In this document: in pieces, positions 20,664-31,002 of the stretch | How the letters are laid out: each line of letters begins with the position of its first letter | Numbering within the stretch: the stretch's first letter is position 1 | Assembly (NCBI GenBank): GCA_965242865.1 | Contig: CBDETK010000013.1 | Span: forward strand, 3,488,001-3,552,000 | Direction: 5' to 3' | Length of the DNA stretch: 64,000 nucleotides | DNA from: Candidatus Latescibacterota bacterium | Lineage (GTDB): Bacteria; Latescibacterota; UBA2968; UBA8231 | Made by a program: the position numbers and the translations under genes | The notes under the pieces: generated by a model | The model's database searches: none | The model's input: the letters and a program-made list of their open reading frames with translations, nothing else | Told to the model about the DNA's origin: nothing

Positions 20664-21625
20664 CAGTCGCGCTCGTGGACATCGCGCTGATGACGTTCCT
20701 CGCGATCATCGCCGTAGCCATTATTCAAGTGCGGGACCTGTTTGCCGCGGTGGTGCTCACCGGCATCTTCAGCCTGCTCTCGGCTTGTATCTTCACCACC
20801 CTCGACGCGGTCGATGTGGCCTTCACCGAAGCGGCCGTGGGGGCCGGCTTGGCCACGGTCCTCTTTCTGGCCGCGCTTTCTTCGACCGGGCCGAGCGAAA
20901 AGGCCCGCCCTCAACCCTCGTGGAGCGGCCTCGCCGTCTGCCTCCTGACCGGCGGAGTGCTCGTCTATGGCACGCTCGATATGCCGCACTTGGGCGATCC
21001 CGACGCGCCGGTCCACCAGCACGTGGCCCCCCGCTACATCGCCGAGTCCCCGGCGGAAATCGGCATTCCCAACATGGTCACCTCGGTGCTGGCCAGCTAC
21101 CGCGGCTACGACACCTTGGGCGAGGTCGCGGTGATTTTCACGGCCGGCTTGGCGGTGATCTTGCTCTTGTACGGCCGCCGCCCCGCGCCGGAAGACAGCG
21201 AGTCCATGCACCACGCCATGATCCTCCGCGTCGTCGCCAAGCTCATCATCCCGCTGATTCTGCTCTTTGCCCTCTACGTGCAGTTCCACGGCGACTTCGG
21301 CCCCGGCGGCGGTTTCCAAGCCGGCGTGATTTTTGCCGCGGCCTTTATTCTCTACGCCCTGATTTACGGGGTCGAGGAAGCGCGCCGAGTGGCCCCGGCA
21401 GGCCGCGTCCGCGTCTTTTGCGCCTTGGGGCTCCTGCTCTACATTGGCACGGGCTTGGCCTGCCTGTTGGCCGGCGGCAATTTCCTCGAATACAAGGCAC
21501 TGGCCAGCGAGCCCACCCACGGCGAGCACTACGGCATTTTGCTGATCGAGCTCGGGGTCGGCATTACCGTCGCCGCTGTGGTAATCAACACCTTCTGCCA
21601 CTTTGCCAGCCGAGGGCGGCCATGA
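20660..21625 (+). CDS. mrpB: DUF4040 + MnhB fusion (Mrp subunit A C-terminal part/B)
   Basis: GTG 20660; DAVDVAFTEAAVGAG, YRGYDTLGE, then HGDFGPGGGFQAG in one frame. Confidence 0.88.
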   Translation: MTVALVDIALMTFLAIIAVAIIQVRDLFAAVVLTGIFSLLSACIFTTLDAVDVAFTEAAVGAGLATVLFLAALSSTGPSEKARPQPSWSGLAVCLLTGGVLVYGTLDMPHLGDPDAPVHQHVAPRYIAESPAEIGIPNMVTSVLASYRGYDTLGEVAVIFTAGLAVILLLYGRRPAPEDSESMHHAMILRVVAKLIIPLILLFALYVQFHGDFGPGGGFQAGVIFAAAFILYALIYGVEEARRVAPAGRVRVFCALGLLLYIGTGLACLLAGGNFLEYKALASEPTHGEHYGILLIELGVGITVAAVVINTFCHFASRGRP

Positions 21626-21978
21626 GTTCGGTCCTCGGCTTGTACAACTACTGGATCGTCATCTTCCTGATGATGGCCGGTTTTTACAACGTCATCGCCC
21701 GCGGCAACCTGATTAGGAAGCTCATCGGCCTCAACATCTTCCAGACCTCGGTTTTTTTGCTCTACATTAGCCTCGGCAAAGTGGCAGGGGGGACCGCGCC
21801 CATCCTCGCCGAAGGGGCCGCGACGTACTCCAACCCCCTGCCCCACGTCCTCATCCTCACCGCCATTGTCGTCGGCATCGCGACCACCGCTGTGGGCTTG
21901 GCGCTGGTGGTGCGCATCCGCGCGGCCTACGGAACCATCAAAGAGGACACAATCCAGCACCGGGAAGAGGGGCCGTGA
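21622..21978 (+). CDS. mrpC: Na+/H+ antiporter subunit C
   Basis: NLIRKLIGL, NPLPHVLILTAIVVG. Confidence 0.92.
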   Translation: MSSVLGLYNYWIVIFLMMAGFYNVIARGNLIRKLIGLNIFQTSVFLLYISLGKVAGGTAPILAEGAATYSNPLPHVLILTAIVVGIATTAVGLALVVRIRAAYGTIKEDTIQHREEGP

Positions 21979-23456
21979 TCGCCGCCCATCTACCCGCCCT
22001 GCAGATCGTCTTGCCGCTGGTCGCTGCGCCCGTTTGCCTCGTGCTGCGCCCGCCGCGCTTGCTGTGGCCGTTTGTCATGGCCGTCGGCTGGGGCACGCTG
22101 GCACTGGCCGGGCTGCTGTTGCAGCAAGTGCTCGCCGACGGCCCCATCTCCTACGCCTTGGGCGGCTGGAGCGCCCCTTGGGGCATTGAGTACCGGGTCG
22201 ATGTCCTCAATGCGTATCTGATTTTGCTGGTGGCGTTGATCGGGGCCGTGGTCCTGACCTACGCGCCGGCGAGTGCGGCGGCCGAGATCGAAGCCGAGCG
22301 GCGGCCGTATTTCTGCGCGCTCTTTCTGCTGTGTCTCGCTGGGCTGCTGGGCATTGCCATTACCGGCGACGCCTTCAATGTATTTGTCTTTATGGAAATC
22401 TCGTCGCTTTCGGCTTACGGGCTGATTAGCCTCGGCCGGGATCGCCGTGCCCTGATGGCGACGTATAACTACCTGATCTTGGGCACGATTGGGGCGACCT
22501 TTATCCTAATCGGCATCGGCCTGATGTACGCGATGACCGGCACGCTCAACATGGCCGATCTCGCCGTGCGGATCAAAGCCGTGGCCGACACCCGCACCAT
22601 CAAAGTGGCCTTTGCCTTTCTAAGCGTAGGCTTCACGCTCAAGATGGCGCTTTTCCCGCTGCACTTATGGTTGCCCAACGCCTACACCTATGCCCCTTCG
22701 GTCGTCACCGCCTTTATCGCCGCGACCGCAACCAAGATCGCGGTGTACGCCTTCCTGCGCTTCGCCTTTGCGATTTTTGGCGCGGCCTTTGCCTTTGATA
22801 CCATGCACCTCGATGTCCTGCTCTTGCCGCTGGTGCTGCTGGGCATTTTTATCGCCTCGGCCGTGGCCGTGTATCAAGCCGATCTCAAGCGGCTTTTGGC
22901 TTACTCAAGCGTGGCGCAAATCGGCTACGCCATGCTCGGCATCAGCTTGGGGTCGGCCACGGGCCTGACGGCCGGCATCGTCCACCTCTTCAATCACGCC
23001 CTGATGAAGGCGGCCCTCTTCCTAGCGGCCGGCTGCATCGTCCTCCGCGTCCAGTCCCTGCAACTGGCCGACCTCAGCGGGCTGGGCAAGCGCCTGCCCC
23101 TGACTTCGTGCGCCTTTGTCCTCGCCGGCTTGGGGCTCGTGGGCATGCCCTTTACCGTGGGCTTTATCAGCAAGTGGTACTTGGTCTTGGGGGCGCTAGA
23201 GCGCGGGTGGTGGCCGGTGGCCGCGCTCGTGGCGATCAGCTCGCTGCTGGCGCTGGCTTACATTTGGCGCTTTGTCGAGGTGGCCTATTTCCGCCCGGTC
23301 CCCAAAGAGGCCGCGCCGGTCGCCGAAGCCCCTCTGTCGATGCAAATTCCCCTGTGGCTGCTCATCGCCTTGGCGATTGGCTTGGGGGTGCAGACCTCGC
23401 TGACGGCTGGGGTCGCCCGCCAAGCCGCGCACTATCTCTTGGGCGTGGCACCGTGA
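21975..23456 (+). CDS. mrpD: Na+/H+ antiporter subunit D
   Basis: GDAFNVFVFMEI, PLHLWLPNAY, LLAYSSVAQIGY, GFISKW. Confidence 0.9.
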   Translation: MIAAHLPALQIVLPLVAAPVCLVLRPPRLLWPFVMAVGWGTLALAGLLLQQVLADGPISYALGGWSAPWGIEYRVDVLNAYLILLVALIGAVVLTYAPASAAAEIEAERRPYFCALFLLCLAGLLGIAITGDAFNVFVFMEISSLSAYGLISLGRDRRALMATYNYLILGTIGATFILIGIGLMYAMTGTLNMADLAVRIKAVADTRTIKVAFAFLSVGFTLKMALFPLHLWLPNAYTYAPSVVTAFIAATATKIAVYAFLRFAFAIFGAAFAFDTMHLDVLLLPLVLLGIFIASAVAVYQADLKRLLAYSSVAQIGYAMLGISLGSATGLTAGIVHLFNHALMKAALFLAAGCIVLRVQSLQLADLSGLGKRLPLTSCAFVLAGLGLVGMPFTVGFISKWYLVLGALERGWWPVAALVAISSLLALAYIWRFVEVAYFRPVPKEAAPVAEAPLSMQIPLWLLIALAIGLGVQTSLTAGVARQAAHYLLGVAP

Positions 23457-24907
23457 ATGCCTCCACCGCCATCGTCGCGGCCGTGCTGCTGCCCTTGGCC
23501 GCGACGCCCTTGATCGCCCTGTTGGGCGGCCGGCCCAACCTGCGCGAGGCCGCGACCCTGCTCGCCGCGGGCGGCACCTTTGCCATCGTCTGCACCCTAG
23601 TGCCCAAAGTCGCGGCCGGCGCCCGGCCGGCCGTGCAGCTGGTGGAAGTCTTGCCGGGGCTGCCGCTGGCCTTTGAGGTCGAGCCGCTCGGCGCGCTCTT
23701 CGCGCTGATCGCCGCGGGGCTGTGGACGGCCACTTCGCTCTACTCCATCGGCTACCTGCGGGGCCATCGCGAGGAGCACCAGACCCGCTTTTTCGCCTTC
23801 TTCGCCTTGGCGATCGCCGCGGCCTTGGGCGCGGCCTTTGCCAGCAACATGCTGACCCTGTTTTTCTGCTACGAGGCCCTGACCCTGACGACCTATCCGC
23901 TGGTCACCCACCACCGCAGTGCAGAGGCCAAAGCCGGGGGCCGCGTCTATCTGGGCGTCCTGCTTTCGACCTCGATCGGCTTCCTGCTGCTGGCGATGGT
24001 CGCCACCTATCACCTCACCGGCACCCTCGACTTCGTCCCGGGGGGCATCCTCGCCAACGAGACGCCGACGTGGGGCCTCGGCGTCTTGCTCTTTCTCTAC
24101 GCCTTTGGCACGGGCAAGGCCGCGCTGATGCCCTTCCACCGCTGGCTCCCCGCGGCCATGGTCGCGCCGGCCCCGGTCAGCGCCCTCTTGCACGCGGTGG
24201 CCGTAGTCAAGGCCGGCGTCTTCACCATCCTCAAAGTGGTCGTCTATATCTTCGGCATTGACCTGCTCGCCGACACGGGCTTGGGCGCGTATTTGGCCTA
24301 CGCGGCCGGCGCCACGATCCTCATTGGCTCGCTGGTGGCCATGACCAAGGACAACCTCAAGGCGCGCTTGGCGTATTCCACCGTCAGTCAGCTCGCGTAC
24401 ATCGTGCTCGGCGCGGCGCTGGCCAATGGTTGGGGCATCCTCGGCGGCAGCCTGCACATCGCCATGCATGCCTTTGGCAAAATCACCCTGTTCTTCTGCG
24501 CTGGGGCCATCGCGGTGGCCCTGCACAAGACCGAGATCAGCGAGATGAAGGGCATTGGCCGGCAGATGCCTTGGACGATGGGGGCCTTTCTCGTCGGCTC
24601 GCTCAGCATCATCGGCTTGCCGCCGCTCGGCGGGGCTTGGAGCAAGTGGTATCTCATCCTCGCCGGGCTCAACGCCGAGCAGTACGCAGTCATCGGCGTA
24701 CTCGTGGTAAGCTCACTGCTCAACATCGCCTATTTATGCCCGGTGGCCATCAATGCCTTTTTCTACCCAGCACCGGACGGCGAAAGCGGCCGGCGGGAAG
24801 CGCCGCTGGCCTGCGTCCTGCCGCTGGTTTGCACGGCCTTGGGCGGGCTGGTGCTCTTCCTCTACCCGGACCCCCTCCTCAACCTCTGCCGCCAGATCGG
24901 AGGATAA
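23453..24907 (+). CDS. MrpD/MrpA-like antiporter subunit (2nd)
   Basis: GTG 23453; KAALMPFHRWLP, LLHAVAVVKAG, LAYSTVSQL. Confidence 0.9.
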   Translation: MNASTAIVAAVLLPLAATPLIALLGGRPNLREAATLLAAGGTFAIVCTLVPKVAAGARPAVQLVEVLPGLPLAFEVEPLGALFALIAAGLWTATSLYSIGYLRGHREEHQTRFFAFFALAIAAALGAAFASNMLTLFFCYEALTLTTYPLVTHHRSAEAKAGGRVYLGVLLSTSIGFLLLAMVATYHLTGTLDFVPGGILANETPTWGLGVLLFLYAFGTGKAALMPFHRWLPAAMVAPAPVSALLHAVAVVKAGVFTILKVVVYIFGIDLLADTGLGAYLAYAAGATILIGSLVAMTKDNLKARLAYSTVSQLAYIVLGAALANGWGILGGSLHIAMHAFGKITLFFCAGAIAVALHKTEISEMKGIGRQMPWTMGAFLVGSLSIIGLPPLGGAWSKWYLILAGLNAEQYAVIGVLVVSSLLNIAYLCPVAINAFFYPAPDGESGRREAPLACVLPLVCTALGGLVLFLYPDPLLNLCRQIGG

Positions 24908-24911
24908 AGCC

Positions 24912-25172
24912 ATGCCTTCAGAGAAAAAACATCTATTCGACGCGCCGCAGAACGTCTATCGCTTGCTAGGAATCTTCTTCGCGCTCTGCGCCGTGCTCTT
25001 GGGGATGGACCTGCTCTTCCATCGGCACTTGAGCTTTGCCGCGGGAGTCTTCCCGGTTGAAGGATGGTTCGGCTTTTACGCGATATACGGATTTGTCGCG
25101 TGCGTGTTCTTGGTGTTGGCGGCCACCCAGCTGCGCAAGGTGCTGATGCGCCGCGAGGAGTACTATGACTAG
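24912..25172 (+). CDS. Small Mrp-associated membrane protein
   Basis: Two TM helices, GFYAIYGFVAC...LMRREEYYD; overlaps the start of the next gene. Confidence 0.8.
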   Translation: MPSEKKHLFDAPQNVYRLLGIFFALCAVLLGMDLLFHRHLSFAAGVFPVEGWFGFYAIYGFVACVFLVLAATQLRKVLMRREEYYD

Positions 25173-26853
25173 CCTACCCCCAGCAGTCTTTCTACTCGTA
25201 GGCGGGCTGCTGTTGCCCGTCTTGCCGCTGGCCGTGCGGCGGGTGGCCTTGCTGCTGTTGCCGCTCGCCGGACTCTACAATCTCCTCGGCTACCAAGCCG
25301 GCGACAGCCAAGTCGGTGCCCTCGCCGGGTACGAGCTGCACTGGGTGCGCGTCGATCAACTCAGCCTGCTGTTTGGCTATCTCTTTCACTTGGCCGCCTT
25401 CCTCGCCGCGCTCTTCTCCCTGCACCTGCGCGACCGACTGCAACAGGCGACCGGCCTCCTGTACGCGGGCGCGGCCGTGGGGGCAGTCTTTGCCGGCGAT
25501 CTCATCGCGCTCTTCATCTTCTGGGAGCTGTTGGCGATTACCTCGGTCTTCCAGATCTGGGCGAGCCGGAGCGAAAGGGCCTTGGCCGCGGGAACGCGCT
25601 ACCTGCTGATCAACGTCAGCTCCGGCCTGCTGCTCGTGGTCGGCACGGCTTGGCACTATCAGCAGACCGGCTCGCTGGCACTGGGGCATTTGGGCATCGA
25701 TAGCTGGGCCACGCGGCTGATTTTTCTCGGCGTTGGCATTAAATGCGCCTTCCCGTTCTTGCACTCGTGGCTGGTGGATGCCTACCCAGAGTCCACGCCC
25801 ACGGGCGCGGTCTTTTTGAGTACCTTTAGCACCAAGACTGCGGTCTATGTGTTGGCGCGCAGCTTTGCCGGCACCGAATACCTGCTTTACATCGGCGCGG
25901 CCATGGCGATGTTCCCCATCTTCTATGCGGTCATTGAAAACGATCTGCGCCGCGTGTTGAGCTACAGCATGATCAACCAGATCGGCTTTATGGTCGTCGG
26001 GGTCGGCTTGGGGCCGGGCATGGGGGTCAACGGCGCGGTGGCCCACGCCTTTGCCCATATCCTCTACAAGGCACTCCTGTTCATGTCGATGGGGGCCGTG
26101 CTCTACCGCACCGGCCGGATCAACGGCTCAGATCTCGGGGGCCTGTACAAATCCATGCCTTGGACCTGCGGCTTCTGCATGGTCGGAGCCGCGTCGATTT
26201 CGGCTTTCCCGCTCTTTAGCGGCTTTGTCAGCAAGTCCATGGTCATGCGGGCCGCGGCCAACGAGGGGCACCTCGGGGTGTGGCTGCTGCTGCTGTTTGC
26301 CTCGGCCGGCGTCTTCCACCACGCCGGCATCAAGGTTCCCTTCTTTGCCTTCTTCGCCCACGACGCGGGGATCCGCTGCCGCGAAGCACCGCGCAACATG
26401 CTCTGGGCCATGGGGCTTGGAGCGGCGCTGTGCATTGGCATTGGCTCGTTCCCGCACTATCTGTACCGCCTCCTGCCCTACCCGGTTGACTACGTCCCTT
26501 ACGACGCGACCCACGTCGTCTTACAACTCCAGTTGTTGTTCTTTTCGGCGCTGGCCTTTGTCGCGCTCAAGCTGACGGGCCTGTACCCACCGGAGCTGCG
26601 CTCGGCCAACCTCGACGTGGACTGGACCTACCGCAAGCTGCTACCGGGCGCGGCGCGGTGGTGCGTACAACGGGGTGCGCCGCTGCGGGATGGACTGATC
26701 GCGTGGGGCAAGCGGCAGGTCTTCTCGCTCGTGGAGCGGGTGCGCCAGTACCACGGCCCGGCCGGGGTCTTTGCCCGGGCTTGGCCCAGCAGCAGCAGCG
26801 TGTTGGTGGTGGCGATTTTCTTGGCACTATACTTGTTTTTTTACTTGGGCTGA
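25165..26853 (+). CDS. MrpD/MrpA-like antiporter subunit (3rd)
   Basis: FIFWE, HSWLVDAYPE, LSYSMINQIG, GFVSKS. Confidence 0.9.
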   Translation: MTSLPPAVFLLVGGLLLPVLPLAVRRVALLLLPLAGLYNLLGYQAGDSQVGALAGYELHWVRVDQLSLLFGYLFHLAAFLAALFSLHLRDRLQQATGLLYAGAAVGAVFAGDLIALFIFWELLAITSVFQIWASRSERALAAGTRYLLINVSSGLLLVVGTAWHYQQTGSLALGHLGIDSWATRLIFLGVGIKCAFPFLHSWLVDAYPESTPTGAVFLSTFSTKTAVYVLARSFAGTEYLLYIGAAMAMFPIFYAVIENDLRRVLSYSMINQIGFMVVGVGLGPGMGVNGAVAHAFAHILYKALLFMSMGAVLYRTGRINGSDLGGLYKSMPWTCGFCMVGAASISAFPLFSGFVSKSMVMRAAANEGHLGVWLLLLFASAGVFHHAGIKVPFFAFFAHDAGIRCREAPRNMLWAMGLGAALCIGIGSFPHYLYRLLPYPVDYVPYDATHVVLQLQLLFFSALAFVALKLTGLYPPELRSANLDVDWTYRKLLPGAARWCVQRGAPLRDGLIAWGKRQVFSLVERVRQYHGPAGVFARAWPSSSSVLVVAIFLALYLFFYLG

Positions 26854-26866
26854 CGCGGTGCCGCCA

Positions 26867-27352
26867 TTAGATCTGCAAGGCCGAGCGAATGGCCGCGGCA
26901 ATGGCGGCCGGGGGTGGGCCGATGTCCACGCTCAGCGCGTCGCTCGGCTCTTCGAGGGTCGCAAATTGGCTGTTGAGCAGGGTGGCCGGCATGTAGCGGT
27001 GCTGCCGCGTCGCCAGCCGCCGGGCGATGAGGGCCTTCGGGCCTTTGAGATGGACGATTTGCACGCCGGGCCGGCCGCCGACCAAGAGGTCGCGGTAGCT
27101 CTGTTTGAGCGCGGAACACCCGAGGATCGCCCCTTGGTCGGCGCGGAGCCACTGGCCGATGGCTGCCGCGAGGGTCTCCAGCCAAGGCCAGCGGTCTTCG
27201 TCAACAAGCGGCGTACCGCTGGCCATTTTGCGCACGTTGGCTGGGGGGTGGAAATCGTCCGCGTCGTAATAAGCCCAGCCGAGCTGTTGGGCGAGCAACT
27301 CGCCCACCGTCGTCTTGCCGCTGCCGGTTACGCCCATTAGTACGATGACCAT
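26867..27352 (-). CDS. gntK: Gluconokinase
   Basis: MGVTGSGKTT, DADDFHP, CSALK..YR, SQFATLEEP. Confidence 0.92.
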   Translation of the reverse strand: MVIVLMGVTGSGKTTVGELLAQQLGWAYYDADDFHPPANVRKMASGTPLVDEDRWPWLETLAAAIGQWLRADQGAILGCSALKQSYRDLLVGGRPGVQIVHLKGPKALIARRLATRQHRYMPATLLNSQFATLEEPSDALSVDIGPPPAAIAAAIRSALQI

Positions 27353-27463
27353 GCGCTGCACCTCCCGCCTGAACATATAGGAGCGCGTCTATTGCAACAA
27401 GGCGACCCGCGCCAAGGCTTGCGGTGTTGACAAGGTGACGCGCTCTACTTGTGTTTGACAGCA

Positions 27464-28762
27464 ATGGAAGCAACCCGCACCCTGCACTCAGAACGCGCCA
27501 TCCTCGTCGGCGTCGCCCTGCCCAACATGCCCGCTTGGGAGGCCGAATACTCCCTCGACGAGCTCGGCCGCTTAGCGGCCACCGCCGGTCTCGTTGAGGC
27601 CGCGCGCCGCATCCAACGGCGCGAGCGCATTGACCCAGCCCACTACATCGGCAAGGGCAAGGCCGCTTCCCTCAAGCCGCTCGCGGCCGGCTGCCAAGCC
27701 GAGGTAATCGTCTTTGACAACGACCTCTCGCCGGCCCAGATGCGCAACTTGGAGCGCGTCACCCAACGCCGCATTCTCGACCGCAGCGCCGTGATCTTGG
27801 ACATCTTCGCCCGCCACGCCCGCACCCACACGGCGCAACTGCAAGTCGAGTTGGCCCAGCTCAACTACCTCCTGCCGCGCCTGACCCGCTACTGGACCCA
27901 CCTCTCGCGCCAAGCCGGCGGCGGGGCCATCCGCGGCATGGGGGCGGCCGGGGTCCGCGGCCCGGGCGAAACCCAGTTGGAAATTGACCGCCGCCTGATT
28001 CGCCGCCAGATCAACGCCCTAGAGGGCAAGCTCGACAAAATCGGCGTACAGATGGCGACCAACCGCAAAAATCGCGCGGATGCCTTTAAGGTGGCCCTCG
28101 TAGGCTATACCAACGCCGGCAAATCAACGCTGATGCGAGCGCTGTCGGGCGCGGATGTCCTCGTCGAGGATCAGCTCTTTGCCACCTTGGACTCAACCAC
28201 GCGCGCCGTGGCCCTCGACCGCGGCCACAAAATCCTGCTCACCGACACGGTCGGCTTTATCAATCGCCTGCCCCACCACCTGTTTGCCTCGTTTCGCGCC
28301 ACCCTCGAAGAGGCCGTGGAGGCCGACTTGCTGCTCCACGTCATCGACTTGAGCGTTCCGCACTGCGAGGCGCAGATCGCCACCGTTGAGCAAGTCCTGC
28401 ACAGCCTAGGGCTTGCAGACAGCCCCACCCTGAAGGTGTACAACAAAATCGATCAAGTAGCGCGCGGCCAAGAGGAGCGAATCATAACTGCGTATGCGGC
28501 CCGCGAAGACGCCATCGCCATCTCGGCCCGCCAAGGCATCAACCTCGACGCGCTGCGCGACAAAATCCGCGCGTCCAGCGCGGCCGGGGCCGTCACCTTG
28601 GAGCTACAGGTTCCCCAAGCCGAGGGCCGGCTCTTGGCCCATCTCCACCAGCAGGGCCAAGTCCTCGCAGAGACCTACACCGGCAACGACGTCTGCTTGT
28701 GCGTGCGCTTGGAAAAGACTTGGGCCAAGCGCTGGCGGCTAGAGCGCTTTGTCCCGGCCTGA
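27464..28762 (+). CDS. hflX: Ribosome-splitting GTPase HflX
   Basis: RGPGETQLEIDRR, GYTNAGKST, LFATLD, DTVGFI, NKID. Confidence 0.97.
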   Translation: MEATRTLHSERAILVGVALPNMPAWEAEYSLDELGRLAATAGLVEAARRIQRRERIDPAHYIGKGKAASLKPLAAGCQAEVIVFDNDLSPAQMRNLERVTQRRILDRSAVILDIFARHARTHTAQLQVELAQLNYLLPRLTRYWTHLSRQAGGGAIRGMGAAGVRGPGETQLEIDRRLIRRQINALEGKLDKIGVQMATNRKNRADAFKVALVGYTNAGKSTLMRALSGADVLVEDQLFATLDSTTRAVALDRGHKILLTDTVGFINRLPHHLFASFRATLEEAVEADLLLHVIDLSVPHCEAQIATVEQVLHSLGLADSPTLKVYNKIDQVARGQEERIITAYAAREDAIAISARQGINLDALRDKIRASSAAGAVTLELQVPQAEGRLLAHLHQQGQVLAETYTGNDVCLCVRLEKTWAKRWRLERFVPA

Positions 28763-28763
28763 G

Positions 28764-29354
28764 CTATTCGGCCAAAATCCCCTTTGCCACGGCTGTGTCG
28801 ATCAGCTTCCGCGCATATTCCCACAACGCCGGTGCGCCTTCCCGGATGTGTGCGTTGTGGGCGATTACCTGCGCCTTTTTGACCCCATGGCGCTGCCACG
28901 CCGCTCCGTCGGTGTGCAGGTTGAGCAATAGCGGCTGCAGCCGGTCGAGCGCGGCCGCATAGCGCGCTTCCGCGCTCTGGCGCTGCTCAAACTCCTCCCA
29001 CAAGGCGCGATAGGTGCTGGCCTGATCGGCCGGCAACAGGCCGAACAGCCGGTCCGCCGCTTGCTGCTCGCGTTGGGCCTTGTCCGCGTTGCCGACTGCG
29101 TCATAGACGAAGGTGTCGCCAGCGTCAATCTCCACCACATCGTGGATCAACAGCATCTTGAGCACCTTCAGCAGATCGACTTCGGCCGCTGCGTACTCGA
29201 CTAGTAGCATGGCCATCACGCTCAGGTGCCACGAGTGTTCAGCGTCGTTTTCCCGCCGACGGTCGCCCGGCAACAGGGTCTGGCGAAAGACTTGGTTGAG
29301 TTGTTCGACTTCGAGGACGAAACCGAGTTGGGCTTCAAGACGCTCGGCATCCAT
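28764..29354 (-). CDS. HD-domain phosphohydrolase (HD_3)
   Basis: ENDAEHSWH, LIHDVVEIDAGD, LDRLQP. Confidence 0.9.
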   Translation of the reverse strand: MDAERLEAQLGFVLEVEQLNQVFRQTLLPGDRRRENDAEHSWHLSVMAMLLVEYAAAEVDLLKVLKMLLIHDVVEIDAGDTFVYDAVGNADKAQREQQAADRLFGLLPADQASTYRALWEEFEQRQSAEARYAAALDRLQPLLLNLHTDGAAWQRHGVKKAQVIAHNAHIREGAPALWEYARKLIDTAVAKGILAE

Positions 29355-29414
29355 CTATCGCTCCTTGGGGATTATTGGTTAGTTTGTAGGGACGAACTTA
29401 GACCGTTTAGTATA

Positions 29415-30209
29415 ATGACAAAAACGACTCCAGCCTTCGCCGTAACCACCACCTTGCGCCCCCGGCCCCAAGAGTGTGCGACCGCCCGCGGCATCGCGGC
29501 TGCAACCGGCTGTCCCTACGTGCCACGGGGCCGAGACGCGCTCGCCCAAGCCGCCGGCCGCGCCGGTCGTGCCGGCCTGCTCGTGGTCGAGCGCACGGAG
29601 CTTTCTTTGTGGGTGGCCGGCCGGCGTTTTCGCTACCATCCCAATATGGCCAAGCTGCGCGTACTGGCCTTGCAACAACGCAAAAGGGACGCCCTAATCG
29701 CCGCTATGCAACTCGCGCCCGGGGGAAGCGTCCTCGACTGCACCTGCGGATTGGGGGCCGACGCCATCGTCGCCTCTTGGGTGGTTCGCCCGGCTGGCCG
29801 CGTGTGCGCGCTCGAAGCCTCGCCCCTGTTGGCCCTGCTCGTCGAGCGCGGCTTGGCCTCCTGCGCGATCGACGACCCGCCCGCCCTCGTCCCGGCCATG
29901 CGCCGCGTCGAGGTTTGCTGCGCCGACTTTGCCCGCTATCTGCGCGGCGAAGCCGACGACACTTGGGATGTGGTTTACTTCGACCCCATGTTCACAGAGA
30001 CCATTGCCGATTCCGAGGGCCTAGATTTGGTCCGCTGCTTGGCCGAGGGAGGCGGTCCTTCCCCGGCCGATCTAGACCAAGCCCGCCGCGTCGCTCGCCG
30101 CCGAGTGGTGATGAAAGATCGCCAGCCCGGGCACGCGCTCGCCCACCTCGGTTTTGCCAAAGTCGAGGGGGGCCGCCGCGTCTGCTACGGCGTCCTGCCC
30201 GCTTGGTAG
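29415..30209 (+). CDS. Class I SAM methyltransferase, RsmJ-like
   Basis: VLDCTCGLGAD, VVYFDPMF, RRVVMK. Confidence 0.8.
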   Translation: MTKTTPAFAVTTTLRPRPQECATARGIAAATGCPYVPRGRDALAQAAGRAGRAGLLVVERTELSLWVAGRRFRYHPNMAKLRVLALQQRKRDALIAAMQLAPGGSVLDCTCGLGADAIVASWVVRPAGRVCALEASPLLALLVERGLASCAIDDPPALVPAMRRVEVCCADFARYLRGEADDTWDVVYFDPMFTETIADSEGLDLVRCLAEGGGPSPADLDQARRVARRRVVMKDRQPGHALAHLGFAKVEGGRRVCYGVLPAW

Positions 30210-30222
30210 AAAGGAACGGATC

Positions 30223-30999
30223 GTGGAGCTATCCTGTTGTGCTTGGGCCTTGACCGGCTCGGAAGAAGACGCCCTTACTGCGCTGGCCGCTATCGGCTTC
30301 CGCTCCATAGACGTGCAGGCGAAAACCTTTGTCAGCCCGGCATCGCGGGCGCGCCTAGACGACCTCGGCCTGTCGGTCTCCTGCCTCGCGCTAAGTTTTA
30401 ATATGGAAGAGAGCGCGGCCCTCGACGGCGCGACCCCGGCTGCTCAACGCGCCGCCCTCGACCACTGCCGGGAAGCCCTCGACCACGCGGCCGCCCTCGG
30501 TGCCAGCACCGCATACATAGTCCCGGGGGACGATGCCGCTACGCTACCCCGGTTTGGCGAGGCCCTCGGACAGGTGGCAGACTTCGCGGCCGAGCGGGCG
30601 ATCCGCGTCGGGGTTGAGCACTTCCCCGGCAAAGCCCTGCCGACCGCGGCCGCGACCTTGGCGTACCTGTCCCGCTTGAACCACCCCAACCTCTACTTGC
30701 TCCTCGACACCGGGCACCTGCAGATGGCTGGGGAAGACCCGGCCACGGTCATCGCGGCCGCCGGCGACCGGCTCGGGTACGTGCATCTAGACGACAACGA
30801 CGGGAAAGCCGACTTGCACTGGCCCCTGCTGGCGGGCGTCCTGACCGAGGAGGCCCTCGCCGCGACCTTCGCCGCCCTCGCCCGGAGCGCGTACGACGGG
30901 CCAGCGAGCATTGAGCTCAGCCCCCAACTCCTCGACCCCGGGGCCGCCTTGGCCCAAAGCCGCGCTCGCGCCCTGCATGCGACTACGAGAGAAAAGTAA
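30223..30999 (+). CDS. Sugar phosphate isomerase/epimerase (xylose-isomerase-like TIM barrel)
   Basis: VEHFP, LDTGH, VHLDDN, SIE metal ligands. Confidence 0.85.
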   Translation: MELSCCAWALTGSEEDALTALAAIGFRSIDVQAKTFVSPASRARLDDLGLSVSCLALSFNMEESAALDGATPAAQRAALDHCREALDHAAALGASTAYIVPGDDAATLPRFGEALGQVADFAAERAIRVGVEHFPGKALPTAAATLAYLSRLNHPNLYLLLDTGHLQMAGEDPATVIAAAGDRLGYVHLDDNDGKADLHWPLLAGVLTEEALAATFAALARSAYDGPASIELSPQLLDPGAALAQSRARALHATTREK

Positions 31000-31002
31000 A
31001 TC

